A stretch of 64,000 bases of DNA from Infirmifilum sp. (GCA_041287245.1 JBEULP010000062.1:15634-79633); one strand, 5' to 3'; positions 1 to 9,372 are shown, counted from the stretch's first letter. Program-made: numbers and translations. The notes: generated from the letters alone by a model not told the origin.

Positions 1-506
1 TGTCCATTATCGAGAGGATAGTCGCCCGTCACGGTGGTTCGCGGGTCGGCGAGGAGTACGTGGAGAAGTGGCTGAGGACCAGGTTCGACGTTATCAGCGA
101 GCTCAAGAAGCTGGTTGTCCCCCTGAACCTGTGGTTCGACACCATCGAGACTGCTGCGACGTGGAGCAGGCTTCCAGCTGTATACTTCGAGTTTAAAAGG
201 CGTGTCAAGGACGTGGACGGGGTATACGCTGTTCTCGCTCATGCCTCGCACTTCTACACGACGGGGGCGTGCATCTACTTCACTCTAACATACGAGGCAA
301 GCGAGGAAGTATACTGGCGGATGTGGAGGGAGGCAATGAAGACTCTACTTGAAACGGGTGCTACGATCAGCCACCACCACGGCGTCGGCCTTCTACGGCG
401 TGAGTGGGTCTCGGAGGAGATAGGCAACGCTCTCGAATACTTCAGGAGGGTAAAGAAGGCATGGGATCCTCAGGGCTTGAGCAACCCCGGTAAGTGGCTC
501 GGGTGA
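1..506 (+). CDS. FAD-linked oxidase, C-terminal part (GlcD/alkyl-DHAP synthase-like); 5'-truncated by window edge
   Basis: Frame is open from base 3; HASHFY...CIYF, ISHHHGVG and WDPQGLSNPGK motifs of FAD-oxidase_C. Confidence 0.85.
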   Translation, partial: SIIERIVARHGGSRVGEEYVEKWLRTRFDVISELKKLVVPLNLWFDTIETAATWSRLPAVYFEFKRRVKDVDGVYAVLAHASHFYTTGACIYFTLTYEASEEVYWRMWREAMKTLLETGATISHHHGVGLLRREWVSEEIGNALEYFRRVKKAWDPQGLSNPGKWLG

Positions 507-512
507 ACAGGC

Positions 513-1286
513 TTGGTCAGCCTAACTGTCCTAAGAGCCATCAAGCTTACACCCAGCCTCGTTGCACGTTTCGCCTTGCTCCCGGTTAGGAAGGTTAGGA
601 ACCCCTGTCTCTACTGCCCGGGGATTTGCCTAGCCTCTTGCCCTACTTTCCTCGAGAGCGGGAGCATGCTGTTAAGCCCCCTAGGCTATTCTCGCAACCC
701 AGTCTTGGGTTTAGAGAAGTGTGCAAAGTGTTGGCGCTGCGTCCAGGAATGCCCCTTAGAGTTCCCGCTACCTGAGACATACACGCGCAGCTCCACCCGC
801 GTCTACATGAAAACAGTCAAGGAGGGGAGTCCACTCCTAGTAGCTGTCGAAGGGCTAGATGTCGAGTACGCGGAGCAGCTTGCCGAAAAGCTAAAAGCAG
901 GCGTAGCCGTCGTAAGCGGCTTAGAGGCCAGGTACATTGGAGGACAGCGCCTAGAACCTAAATCCGCGAAAAAAGTCTCCAACTTCCTTGCAGGCCGCGA
1001 TGCTTACGCTCTCTCTCCGGAAGCCTCGCATGCTCTGGGGATTGAATTTCTCCCAGAAGTCCTCCCAAGGCTTGGCTTTAAGGTTAAATACGAAGGTCCC
1101 GTCCACATCCCCTGCCTCCTTAGAAGGAGGGAGCAAAGCATTCTTGATTCTCTAGCGTCCGCTGGGGCAAGGATTACTTCTGTAGACCGGGACAGTTGCT
1201 TGAAGGTCAAGCCTCGAGGCGGCGTGCTATATCTTTGTCCCCGTGCCCGCTTCCTAGGCGTTAAAAACCTTTACGACATCCTCTAG
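513..1286 (+). CDS. 4Fe-4S dicluster protein (GlcF-like Fe-S partner of upstream oxidase)
   Basis: CLYCPGICLASCP and CAKCWRCVQECP motifs; HIPC and further Cys in C-terminal part; 6 bp from upstream gene. Confidence 0.7.
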   Translation: MVSLTVLRAIKLTPSLVARFALLPVRKVRNPCLYCPGICLASCPTFLESGSMLLSPLGYSRNPVLGLEKCAKCWRCVQECPLEFPLPETYTRSSTRVYMKTVKEGSPLLVAVEGLDVEYAEQLAEKLKAGVAVVSGLEARYIGGQRLEPKSAKKVSNFLAGRDAYALSPEASHALGIEFLPEVLPRLGFKVKYEGPVHIPCLLRRREQSILDSLASAGARITSVDRDSCLKVKPRGGVLYLCPRARFLGVKNLYDIL

Positions 1287-1535
1287 AGCCACACTTTTTT
1301 ACCAATGTATATTTTTGTATTTTATTCTGAGAGTTTTATGTTTTGGGAGAAGTTTCTATGCAGAATCTCTCGAGGATGGTAGCGGCTGTATTGGATCGAA
1401 CGTCCAAGGAGAGGGGTTCAACTGTTACGTGGGCCTTAGAGGTGGGAGCCTCTTAGAAGATTATCAACCCCTATCATCAGTTTAGATGAGGGGCTAAACC
1501 TTTTTACTACCCCCTTTTCCTTTTCGTTTGAGAGT

Positions 1536-4370
1536 GTGTCTGTGGCTGCTGAACAGCCTGTTACCGCGCTTCGGGGCGTGTTGCATGAGAGGCTTGTGGA
1601 CCTGCTTGAGAGGGAGGGGTATCGTAGCCTAAACTATATTCAGCTCGAGGCTTTGAGGCGCAAGAACTCTCAACACCTGTTAATAATAGCTCCTACGGGC
1701 TCTGGGAAGACGGAGGCAGCTGTCCTCCCCATTCTTGACAGCCTCCTCCGGGAGGGGGGGAAACCAATATATGCTCTCTACGTCACGCCTCTCAGGGCTC
1801 TTAACAGGGACATAAACCTTAGGCTCCGTAGGTTTTTCACCTCTCTGGGCTTCGCGGCTGAGATAAGGCACGGTGATACGCCCCAGGCACAGCGTAGGAG
1901 AATAGCTGAAAACCCACCCCACTTTTTGATAACCACGCCTGAGACTCTCCAGTTCATACTCGTAGACAAACGGTATAGGGAGAGCCTCGGTAATCTCCGC
2001 TGGCTCGTCGTCGACGAGCTTCACGAGCTGATAGACGATAAGAGGGGGGTTCAGCTAAGCCTCGCCCTGGAGCGGCTCCGCTTACTCTCAAGGGGGCTTC
2101 GAGTCATAGCCCTGTCTGCTACGCTGCGCGACCCCCTGGAGGCCCTCGGATTTATAAGCGGCGGCAGGGGAGGAACTGTTATCGAGTGGTCTCAGAGGAA
2201 AAACTACAAAATCATGCTTGCCGACCTTCCAGAAGCACGTGAGGGTGAGCCAGGTGGCCTCGCCCCCGAGCTCTATGAGAGGATAAAGCTTCTCGTTGAT
2301 GAGGTCTCGAAAGGAGGTGTGATAATCTTCACTAATACACGTGACACTGCAGAGCTTGTAGGGCGTATATTGTCCCACGAGTTTAATCTGGACGTCAGGG
2401 TTCACCACGGGAGCCTTTCACGGGAGGAGCGAGAGGAGGCTGAGTCGCTCTTCAAGGAGGGTAAGGTTAAAGCCATCGTAGCAACTTCTAGCCTGGAGCT
2501 GGGGATAGACATCGGCTATGCGAGGCTCGTAGTACAGTTCGGTTCTCCGCGGCAGGCTATAAAGCTCGTACAGCGCATAGGCCGCTCCAGGCACAGGCTC
2601 AGCGAGACCTCCGAGGGGATACTAGTTCCCCTTGGGTTAGAGGACGCCTTAGAGTCAGTGGTTCTCGGGAGGAGGGCTGTTAACGGGGACCTTGAACAAC
2701 TCGACTTGTACACAGCCCCCCTCGACGTCCTTGCCCACCAGGTCGCGGGGCTCCTTATGGAGTACCGCGAGCTCCCCTTGGAGACGCTTTACAGTGTGGT
2801 TACTAGGGCACAACCCTACCACAACCTGACCTACGGGGCTCTCTTGGACCTCCTACGCTTCATGGACTCCATAGGGACTGCCCGACTCCTAGGGGACAAG
2901 GTCAGGGTGGGCAGGCGTACCATCAGCTACTATTACAACGCTGCCTCCATGATACCTGACAACCCCTCCTTCGAAGTGGAGGACATGGCTTCGAGGAGGA
3001 AGATAGGGCACCTAGACTACTCCTTCGCCTCCATCATAGATAGGGGCAAGGTGATCATCCTGGGGGGCAGGGCCTGGACAATAGAGGAGATAGACATAGA
3101 GAGGAACAAGGTCTACGTGACTGAATTCACAAGGGAGCTTGGAGAGCCCCCCGTATGGACAGGCCAGACGCTCCCAGTCGAGTACCGCGTGGCCCGGGAG
3201 GTCGGCGCTTTTTACAGGAGGCTCGACAGCCTCTTAAAGAAGGGTAGGGAGCACGAGCTCTTCTCGCTTTACGCTCTACCCCGTGTAGCCTCCCTCCGGC
3301 TAAAGGAACTCGTTGAGAAGCAGCGGGCTTTCGGCTTCATGCCCTCAGAAGCGGATCTCGTGGTTGAGGTTGCCAGGAAGAACGGGAAGACCCTCGCGGT
3401 CTACCACACATTCCTAGGGACGAAGGGTAACAACCTGCTGGCACTACTCCTAGCCTTCTCGATAAGGGGGTTCTACGGCGTAACTGTAAGGTACTACTCG
3501 GATCCCTACCGGATATTCCTCTACGCAGACAGCGAGCTCCAGCCTGATAAGCTTCGCGATGCAATCTTGAAGGGCGTCCCATGGGCCCTCGAGAGGCTTG
3601 ATGAGGCGGTACGTGACAGTAACGCTTACATGCTCGAGCTTCTCCAGGTTGCGGTACGCCTTGGCGTGCTGGAGAAGGGTAAGGGTAGAGTCGAGTCGGG
3701 CTACCTTTCAACGCTAAAGAGGAAGCTTAGAGGCACTCCGGTAGACCGAGAAGCAATAAGCTCCTGTCTTGTTGAGCACTTCAACCTAAGGGCTGTTGAA
3801 AGCCTGCTTGAGTCCCTAGCCTCTGGCCGGAAGAAGATCCATTTATACACGGTTCCCGATCTAAGCCCAATCGCGCAGCTGATCTTCGAGAAGCCCTTTG
3901 TGAGAACCGGGGTGTTGTCCTCTGGCCTCCCAGTCTCAGCAGTCTTCAACGCGGTGCTAAACCGCCTCGAGAACAGCAGGGTCTTACTCTACTGTATCCA
4001 CTGCGACGAATGGTACGCCGAGCTTCGCGTACGCGAGGCGAAGGACATACGTGCATGCCCCAGGTGTGGCTCGAAGGCTCTAGCCGTGCTCAGACCCTAC
4101 GAGGCGGACAGCTTGAAGGTGATAAAGAAATGGAAAAAGGGTGTTAAGCTGTCCCCAGAGGAGGCGAGGTTCGTGGAGAAGGCGAGACAGACAGCCTCCC
4201 TTTACATGTCATATGGGTATCCCGCGATTCTGGCGCTCGCAGGCCATGGTATAGGACCCTCAACCGCCAAGAGCCTCCTATCGAAGAGCAGGGATACGGA
4301 GACGCTTGTGAAGAACATCCTACTAGCTGAGGCAAACTACACGAGGACTAGAAAATACTGGGAGGAATGA
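1536..4370 (+). CDS. lhr: Lhr-family DEAD/DEAH helicase with C-terminal Cys-rich motif
   Basis: APTGSGKT, TPLRALNRD, DELH, LSAT, VHHGSLS, TSSLELGIDIG, QRIGRS; CIHC...CPRC near C-terminus. Confidence 0.92.
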   Translation: MSVAAEQPVTALRGVLHERLVDLLEREGYRSLNYIQLEALRRKNSQHLLIIAPTGSGKTEAAVLPILDSLLREGGKPIYALYVTPLRALNRDINLRLRRFFTSLGFAAEIRHGDTPQAQRRRIAENPPHFLITTPETLQFILVDKRYRESLGNLRWLVVDELHELIDDKRGVQLSLALERLRLLSRGLRVIALSATLRDPLEALGFISGGRGGTVIEWSQRKNYKIMLADLPEAREGEPGGLAPELYERIKLLVDEVSKGGVIIFTNTRDTAELVGRILSHEFNLDVRVHHGSLSREEREEAESLFKEGKVKAIVATSSLELGIDIGYARLVVQFGSPRQAIKLVQRIGRSRHRLSETSEGILVPLGLEDALESVVLGRRAVNGDLEQLDLYTAPLDVLAHQVAGLLMEYRELPLETLYSVVTRAQPYHNLTYGALLDLLRFMDSIGTARLLGDKVRVGRRTISYYYNAASMIPDNPSFEVEDMASRRKIGHLDYSFASIIDRGKVIILGGRAWTIEEIDIERNKVYVTEFTRELGEPPVWTGQTLPVEYRVAREVGAFYRRLDSLLKKGREHELFSLYALPRVASLRLKELVEKQRAFGFMPSEADLVVEVARKNGKTLAVYHTFLGTKGNNLLALLLAFSIRGFYGVTVRYYSDPYRIFLYADSELQPDKLRDAILKGVPWALERLDEAVRDSNAYMLELLQVAVRLGVLEKGKGRVESGYLSTLKRKLRGTPVDREAISSCLVEHFNLRAVESLLESLASGRKKIHLYTVPDLSPIAQLIFEKPFVRTGVLSSGLPVSAVFNAVLNRLENSRVLLYCIHCDEWYAELRVREAKDIRACPRCGSKALAVLRPYEADSLKVIKKWKKGVKLSPEEARFVEKARQTASLYMSYGYPAILALAGHGIGPSTAKSLLSKSRDTETLVKNILLAEANYTRTRKYWEE

Positions 4371-4458
4371 TAACTCGGGGTTTTTTGCTTCATCCGCTTG
4401 GAATCATGCTGGTCTTAGAAGGGCAGAAAAGGTAGTTCTTATAGAGGTTCAGCCGTTT

Positions 4459-5487
4459 TTATAACTTCTTCTCTACCGTTACTGGTCTACCCTCCCGCAC
4501 ACTCCGCCAGCACGCCTCGGCAATCTCGACTACACGTAGCCCGTCTATTCCCGTTACCGGTGGCGTCTCGTCCCTCAGAACCGAGTTTATGAAAGCTTGA
4601 TCCTCGCGCACGTAGGCGTCGTAAAACCTAGACCAGAACCACTGCACCCCCCGGTAGGTAAGCCCACCCTTCGTCCCCAGGGCGAAGTTCGGATCTGTCT
4701 GGCTGCCAACGTAGATGGTGCCGTCAGTCCCCAGAACCTCCGTCCTCAGGTCATACCCGAACACGCTCTTCCTACTCCCATGGAGAACCCCGTAAGCCCC
4801 GCTCTCAAACTCGAAGTTGACGTTTACGAGGTCGAGGTCGCCCTTAGCTTTAATCTCCTCGTAGAGCACCGCAGAGCCCGAGACGTATACCCTGGATACA
4901 TCGCTTCCAAGGAGGAATCGTGCCATGTCGAAATCGTGGCTGAGCATGTCCAGGAAAATACCCCCGCTGAGCCTGGGGTCCTGAGCCCACCCGGGAGGAG
5001 CGCCCGGGTCCCTAGCTATGTTGATGAACGCGACGGGTCTTCCTATAGAGCCCTCTGCTATGCGCTTCTTAGCCTCCATGTAGGAGTCGTCGAAACGCCT
5101 CATGTAGCCCACCATCAGCTTAAGCCCCTGTCTCTCAGCCTTCCTCACTACCTCCAATGCCTCCTCAACCGTCACGGTTATAGGCTTCTCGGTGAAAACG
5201 TGCTTACCCGCCTCCAACGCCTTGATTATCATCTCACGATGCAGATGTGTAGGCGTGGTCACGAATACGGCGTCCACCTCGGGGTCCTTCAAAACCGCGT
5301 CGTAGTCCGTGTAGGACTTGACCTTGAACTTCTCCCCCGTCGACCTTGCCAAGCTCTCCACGACGTCTACAACCGCTACCAGCCGGGCCTGCTCAACCCT
5401 GTATGAGAGGATCTCAGCGTGAACAATGCCGATTCGTCCCAGCCCTGCTACGGCTACACCTAGAGGCTTCAAGCAACCACCGTTCAA
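4459..5487 (-). CDS. Gfo/Idh/MocA oxidoreductase (inositol 2-dehydrogenase-like)
   Basis: GLGRIG, GKHVFTEKP, GYMRRFD, DMLSHDFD. Confidence 0.85.
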   Translation of the reverse strand: MNGGCLKPLGVAVAGLGRIGIVHAEILSYRVEQARLVAVVDVVESLARSTGEKFKVKSYTDYDAVLKDPEVDAVFVTTPTHLHREMIIKALEAGKHVFTEKPITVTVEEALEVVRKAERQGLKLMVGYMRRFDDSYMEAKKRIAEGSIGRPVAFINIARDPGAPPGWAQDPRLSGGIFLDMLSHDFDMARFLLGSDVSRVYVSGSAVLYEEIKAKGDLDLVNVNFEFESGAYGVLHGSRKSVFGYDLRTEVLGTDGTIYVGSQTDPNFALGTKGGLTYRGVQWFWSRFYDAYVREDQAFINSVLRDETPPVTGIDGLRVVEIAEACWRSVREGRPVTVEKKL

Positions 5488-5528
5488 GAAGAGTCTAAAA
5501 CTTCTGTTAAAACTTTTTAGAAAAAGTT

Positions 5529-6011
5529 TTATATTAACCCCTCGAGAGCCTGAAGAGCCTCCTCCATCCAGTTCTCAATCTCGACAACCCTCCCGCACCC
5601 AGAAAGCTTTACACGGGGCCTGACGCCCCAGTTCATTTCGACCAGCAGCCCGTACAGCGCCGCCTGAACGACCTCGAACCTCCGGAACCCTCCATAACTT
5701 TTCAGCTCAACAACCTCCCGGGGGAGACCCTCGACGAACAATACCTGGTCTGCCACCCCGTAGAGCCAGCCGAACCGAAACCTCCAGGCGAGTGGTAGAG
5801 GTGTTGATGCTATCTTCTCGCTCAGTACGAGGCTTAAGTCCCCCCAGAAACGCTCGTGCAGGTAGCGCCCCTCCGCGGCGCCTCTGCCCCTGCCTCTCCG
5901 GTACCTTCCAGCTACCTGGGTTACCGTATATTTCCTCTCATGGGAAGCTAACGCGCGCTCGAAGCGTTGTAGGGATTGGGATAGGAGCGAGTTGACTATG
6001 CTACTTCGCAT
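5529..6011 (-). CDS. PD-(D/E)xK nuclease, RecB/Cas4-like, without Fe-S cysteines
   Basis: GRYLH, GVAD, VVELKS, QAALY motifs; likely ATG at 6011 overlapping the upstream stop. Confidence 0.7.
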   Translation of the reverse strand: MRSSIVNSLLSQSLQRFERALASHERKYTVTQVAGRYRRGRGRGAAEGRYLHERFWGDLSLVLSEKIASTPLPLAWRFRFGWLYGVADQVLFVEGLPREVVELKSYGGFRRFEVVQAALYGLLVEMNWGVRPRVKLSGCGRVVEIENWMEEALQALEGLI

Positions 6012-6957
6012 CGTGTAGACCGTCATCCTCTATTCTGAACTCCGCACTAACCCCCTTGGCGAGCCGGGGGCTGTCGAGAACCTCTACGAGGAAGCTATCC
6101 CCGGTCTTCTTCATTAGGAAGCGGTGTGTACTCGCGTGCGCTATGATGTTCCCACCCGCGGGCAGCTTAACCGCGACACCCCACGCGCTGGGAACGCTAA
6201 CAACCTGGTTCGTGATGACAGCTACAAGGCTGTAGAGCCTGGAGAGCCTCTTAATCCAGTCGAGCATATAGTTGATCCGCTGCTGCCTCATCGCTAGCCT
6301 CTCCCGCCCGCGGAACTGAGCCCTGTAGAGAGCTATAACCGAATCTATGACTACAAGCCTCGCATCATTCTTCAGGTACTTCGACAATTCCCTCACCACA
6401 AATTCTTCAAGCTCGTCGACGCTGAGCGGCCGTACAACATATATGTTCGCCAGGGGGTCTTCAACTCCAAACCTCTTAGCTATAGCCTCAACCCTCTCAG
6501 GGCTAAACGTCCCCTCAGTGTCCACGTAGACTGCAGAGCCCCCCAGCCCGCCGTGCGATGGGGACAGCTGAACCGTGACTGCCAGCTGGTGGCAGAGCTG
6601 TGTCTTACCACTCCCAAACTCACCGGCAAACTCGTAGATATCGTAGGCAGTCAACCCGCCCCCGAGGAGGGAGTCTATGGAGCTAACCCCGGTTGTAAGC
6701 GAATCGCGCTGCCTAAGCATCGAGGCATACTCCTTCCCGCTTATAGCCTTAGCCTCCCAGCCTATAATCCTCCTAGCAGTCCTTACAATCCTGAAGGCTC
6801 TCTCGAAGTCGATTCCAGCCATCTCCTCCAGCTCCTCAGGATTGAAGAGCACGAGGTCTTCCAGTGTTTCAATGCCCGCTGCCTTCAGCCTGGCCACCGT
6901 AACCTTGCCGATCCCCTCCTCATGCAAGAGCTCGTCAACGCTGTGCACCGGCATCAC
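6001..6957 (-). CDS. RadA/Rad51-family recombinase paralog
   Basis: N-terminal HhH (GIGKVT), GEFGSGKTQLCHQL, VDTEGTF, VIDS, RGRERLAMRQQ, TNQV, GGNIIAHASTHR, DSP. Confidence 0.9.
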   Translation of the reverse strand: MMPVHSVDELLHEEGIGKVTVARLKAAGIETLEDLVLFNPEELEEMAGIDFERAFRIVRTARRIIGWEAKAISGKEYASMLRQRDSLTTGVSSIDSLLGGGLTAYDIYEFAGEFGSGKTQLCHQLAVTVQLSPSHGGLGGSAVYVDTEGTFSPERVEAIAKRFGVEDPLANIYVVRPLSVDELEEFVVRELSKYLKNDARLVVIDSVIALYRAQFRGRERLAMRQQRINYMLDWIKRLSRLYSLVAVITNQVVSVPSAWGVAVKLPAGGNIIAHASTHRFLMKKTGDSFLVEVLDSPRLAKGVSAEFRIEDDGLHDAK

Positions 6958-7495
6958 CGCAGAAAACCTCGTCGTCTACAAGACACTTCCCATCCGCTGT
7001 GCAGACAATCCTCCTCGTAAACCTACCTATCTCTTCGAGCCACCTATCCCCGGAAACAACTACAGGCACCTTGTAAGTAGCTGCTATACGCCTAAGGATG
7101 TCCAGCGCGTAGACAATACCACTGTTCGCGTCCCTTGTAAAACGTTGGTCTAGGTCTTCGACGATCACGGGCTTTCTCTCCACGTCGAGCTTCCGGGGAA
7201 GATCGAACAAAAGATACTCGAGGAACTCCCCGTCGAGGACTGCTGGGACATAAAAACTCCTCGGGATTTCAAGGTCTATCCCGCTTACGAGGATAACCCC
7301 GTGGGGTAAAATAACCCTGCTGGAGCAGACCTCGACCTGAGTTGTAAGGGGTTGAAACAGTACCGTGGTTTCTAGGCTGATCCTCGAAGCCTCATCTGCT
7401 AGCTCTCCAAATATCGCTCGGAGCTCCTCATCCCTGAAAACCTTAAGATGGGCTCTCGAGAAGCCCTCCCTTCCTATAACTATCAACGAGCTCAT
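6935..7495 (-). CDS. hypothetical protein, possible degenerate RecA-fold
   Basis: Overlaps both neighbours; VIVEDLD and ILRRIAATYKVPVVVS resemble RecA Walker B and the following helix-strand; no GxxxxGKT. Confidence 0.6.
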   Translation of the reverse strand: MSSLIVIGREGFSRAHLKVFRDEELRAIFGELADEASRISLETTVLFQPLTTQVEVCSSRVILPHGVILVSGIDLEIPRSFYVPAVLDGEFLEYLLFDLPRKLDVERKPVIVEDLDQRFTRDANSGIVYALDILRRIAATYKVPVVVSGDRWLEEIGRFTRRIVCTADGKCLVDDEVFCGDAGAQR

Positions 7496-7863
7496 AGGCC
7501 CAGCCTCTCCCTCCCCCTCCTGGCTATCACTTGTAGCCAGGGGTTGTCTGCTATAAATGAGGGTGTGCCCGCGTCCTCTACCGGAGGGCTCTCATGAGTT
7601 GTCTCCTCACTCTCCTCCTCCCTGGGTACTACGATGCCGACTAGCTCTCTGAGCTCCCGAAGCCTACGGTACAGGTTAATTCCTTTCTCCGAGAGAGAGA
7701 CGAGGTGTATTCTTCCTTTTTTCCTCGTTCTAATCAAGGAGTATTTTTCTAAAAGCTCTACCGCCTCCTTTGCCTTTTTCACGTTCTTAGATAATTCCAC
7801 AAGGGTTTTTTCTCCCTCTCCAATCTTCCAGACCCAGAAGATTATACGTTCAAACTCGTCCAC
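7492..7863 (-). CDS. winged helix-turn-helix protein
   Basis: AVELLEKYSLIRTRKKGRIHLVSLSEKG wHTH pattern; acidic linker and C-terminal DNPWLQVI peptide. Confidence 0.7.
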   Translation of the reverse strand: MDEFERIIFWVWKIGEGEKTLVELSKNVKKAKEAVELLEKYSLIRTRKKGRIHLVSLSEKGINLYRRLRELRELVGIVVPREEESEETTHESPPVEDAGTPSFIADNPWLQVIARRGRERLGL

Positions 7864-7887
7864 AAGGATTATTGGATTGTTTATGTA

Positions 7888-7950
7888 TAAATATGTTATT
7901 ATTGAGTATAATCTTGTTATTGTTAGTAGCCGGCGAAAATAACATTATAA
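7888..7950. promoter_or_regulatory. Divergent promoter region with TAAnnwTGTTA-like sites
   Basis: TAAATATGTTA (7888-7898) and TAATCTTGTTA (7909-7919) are 21 bp apart; minus-strand TTTATA lies about 25 bp before the GTG at 7863. Confidence 0.45.
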
Positions 7951-7972
7951 CGACCCCCCTCTTTAACCCGTT

Positions 7973-8752
7973 ATGTCTACAGAGCTCAAGAAAAAGATAT
8001 TCTGCCCCCAATGCCAAGACTACGTAAAACCAAGGGTCGTTAGAAGCTTCACCCTCTCAGGAGAAGTGATAATAGAGTATTATTGCCCGAAGCACGGCTT
8101 CATCACCTCTGAGAGGAAGACACTACCCCTCCCCCAGAGGAACATAACCCCAGGCGGGCTCTACATAGTTTTTGAGGGCATTGATGGAAGCGGGAAGACA
8201 ACCCAGGCGGTAATGCTCTACGAGTACCTTTCGAGGAAAAACTACGAGGTAGTATTAGTCAGGGAGCCCTGGGTGAAGGCGATAAAGGACTTCCTGTATA
8301 AACACGACCTAGACCCCGACGCCGAAGCGTACCTGTTCGCAGCCGACCGGATAATCCTTCAAAAGGAAGTGGTGCTTCCTGCACTCGAAGCTGGAAAGAT
8401 AGTTATTTCAGACCGCTCGGTATTCGCGAGCCTAGCGTATCAGGCCGCCCGGGGCCTACCGGAGGAGTTTATCATGGCTATTAACCGCTCCATACGCCTA
8501 CCCGACATTGTGATCCTACTTGACCTCAACCCGGATGAGGCTGTGAAGCGGCTTAAAAACAGGGGTGAGACCACGAGGTTCGAGGATCCCGAGTTTATGG
8601 TGAAGGTTCGAGACAAGTATTTGAGCCTCGCCCAGAACTACAACTCCCTATTCGTGGTAGTCGACGCTTCAAAGCCGATCCGAGAGGTTCACCGGGATAT
8701 CATCGCAAAGCTAAAGGAAAGGCTGGGCCACAGGTCCATCAACCTGGACTAG
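7973..8752 (+). CDS. tmk: thymidylate kinase with N-terminal Zn-ribbon extension
   Basis: FEGIDGSGKTTQ, REP, LFAADR, SDR..SLAYQ; N-terminal CPQC...CPKH. Confidence 0.9.
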   Translation: MSTELKKKIFCPQCQDYVKPRVVRSFTLSGEVIIEYYCPKHGFITSERKTLPLPQRNITPGGLYIVFEGIDGSGKTTQAVMLYEYLSRKNYEVVLVREPWVKAIKDFLYKHDLDPDAEAYLFAADRIILQKEVVLPALEAGKIVISDRSVFASLAYQAARGLPEEFIMAINRSIRLPDIVILLDLNPDEAVKRLKNRGETTRFEDPEFMVKVRDKYLSLAQNYNSLFVVVDASKPIREVHRDIIAKLKERLGHRSINLD

Positions 8753-8781
8753 CGATAGAAAACAATTTAACTTCTTGGCGG

Positions 8782-9372
8782 GTGATTTTCCCGGTGGTCA
8801 TGTTGCGCCGAGGCTCTGTCACCTCAGTGCTCTTGCTGGTACTTCTCCTTGTAGGACTGGCCTTCATAGCTGGATACTACTTCGGCATCCGCGGACAGGC
8901 ACCTTCACTCGGGACGCAACCCGTCGCTACGGGGGTGAGCATTAAGATAATTAACGATAGGGACTACTACCCCGTGCTGATGAGCCTACTGTCCAACGCG
9001 AACAAATCCATCTATATAGCAATGTTCGAGTTCAAGAGCGATACGGACGAGATCTCCCAAATCGTCGAAACCCTTATTTCAAAGGCGAGGAAGGGCGTCG
9101 ACGTTAAAGTAGTGTTGGAAAACTCTATAGACTCCAACGAGCTTACCTACAGGAGACTCCTAGACAACGGTGTGGCAGTCAGGTTTGACACGAGGTCTAG
9201 GACAACCCATGCAAAACTTATAATTGTAGACGGCAGGTACGTGATAGTGGGCTCCCACAATTTTAGCTATATGGCGATGATGCGGAACCATGAGGCTAGC
9301 GTCCTTATAGACAGCCCCGAAATAGCTAGCGCAGAGACACAATACTTCATGCAGATATGGGGTGGAAACTAG
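8782..9372 (+). CDS. membrane-anchored phospholipase D-like protein (single HKD)
   Basis: N-terminal TM segment; HAKLIIVD...GSHNFS...NHE. Confidence 0.85.
   Translation: MIFPVVMLRRGSVTSVLLLVLLLVGLAFIAGYYFGIRGQAPSLGTQPVATGVSIKIINDRDYYPVLMSLLSNANKSIYIAMFEFKSDTDEISQIVETLISKARKGVDVKVVLENSIDSNELTYRRLLDNGVAVRFDTRSRTTHAKLIIVDGRYVIVGSHNFSYMAMMRNHEASVLIDSPEIASAETQYFMQIWGGN

Noticed and set aside
1380..1500. Possible sRNA or hairpin (CCCCTATCATC...GATGAGGGG) upstream of lhr
   Set aside because: One imperfect hairpin and a single minus-strand TGATGA; no convincing box set
4597..5406. 269-aa plus-strand ORF and the many other antisense/nested ORFs in the track
   Set aside because: Shadows of well-supported genes with no motifs
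5529..6011. cas4 of a CRISPR-Cas locus
   Set aside because: No Fe-S cysteines and no other cas genes or array in the window
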